Source of the DNA: Hypanus sabinus
Taxonomy: Eukaryota
Reading direction: 5' to 3'
Length of the DNA: 64,000 nucleotides
NCBI RefSeq assembly: GCF_030144855.1
Contig: NC_082734.1
Location: 13,702,001 to 13,766,000 of the forward strand
Shown: positions 63,315 through 64,000 of the stretch, one piece after another
Layout: each line of letters opens with the position of its first letter
Numbering within the stretch: the stretch's first letter is position 1
Made by a program: the position numbers and the translations under genes
The notes under the pieces: model-generated
Seen by the model: the letters and a program-made list of their open reading frames with translations, nothing else
Database searches by the model: none
What the model was told of the DNA's origin: nothing

Positions 63315-64000
63315 GTGAGTGGTCAGGGAGCTGCTAAGTTCCAGTTGTTCCCTGAAGCCTAGGCAGGTCAGGAAGGGATGCTCAGGTTGTGGCTCATTCA
63401 TCGTTCAGTTAGGAGCTTTCCGGTTCCCAAAGGCTAAGGGAGGCTCTTAACTAAACTAAAGACAAAAGCATTTTGTGGGGAATCGGCAGGAGCTTCTCTG
63501 CTCAGGGTTGGTTAAAGAATGTGGAACACCTGAAGAGGTGAATAGGCAAGGACATGGAGAGAGATTGTTGACAGGTTGAGTTAAAGACCCAGCTCCACAC
63601 CCAGGATCAATCCTTCGTTATCTGGTTGGAGGATAAAAAGGCATTGCTGTTGGTCTTCGGGATAGAAGACAGGAGAAGTCAGACTGGATCTCAAGCCAGT
63701 AATCTGAGGAGGGAGGCTAGTCACGTGCTGATTGCTCTTCATCCTCAAAAGAAGTTGTGAGATATAGAGTATCTATTTCCTAATCCACAGTTAAATGTGA
63801 GTCCATTGTGCCTGTGTCCCACCACTGCTTATTCAAAGACAACGTTCTTCATTGTGAATCAGTTGTACATAGTTTAGTGTTCTGTAGTTGCCAAGAAATT
63901 TTTCAGCAATGTCCTCGAATGCCTTCCATGTGCTTTTCGCTGGCCCCACTAGAAGTTCTTCGAATTGCCTGTCATTGATGACCTGTTTGATTTGTGGACC

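Overview
Vertebrate genomic DNA, most likely a cartilaginous fish (shark/ray). This is inferred from the repeat landscape: HE1/V-SINE-like tRNA SINEs, CR1 and Rex1-type LINEs, Penelope derivatives and a Tx1-like fragment. Two spliced + strand genes can be reconstructed. POLR3H (RNA Pol III subunit RPC8) is complete: 6 coding exons at 8934-30764, 205 aa, with a U12-type intron 4. WDR24 (GATOR2 subunit) contributes its first five coding exons at 49873-63314 and continues beyond the window. Most of the rest is decayed transposable elements. Main highlights: (1) a full-length, apparently intact Buster/Charlie-type hAT transposon (57395-60290, perfect 8-bp TSD, 644-aa transposase) nested in a CR1 inside a WDR24 intron, plus related MITEs; (2) a dispersed Penelope-derived family carrying minimal hammerhead-ribozyme cores; (3) a Tc1 derivative with direct rather than inverted termini; (4) a 28-bp minisatellite with a CCAAT box in most units; (5) near-100% GC3 in the large WDR24 exons; (6) splice/polyA-signal-bounded unique segments between the two genes that may be an unannotated transcript. 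Repeat boundaries are approximate unless a TSD is given. There is one N-gap at 56452-56641.
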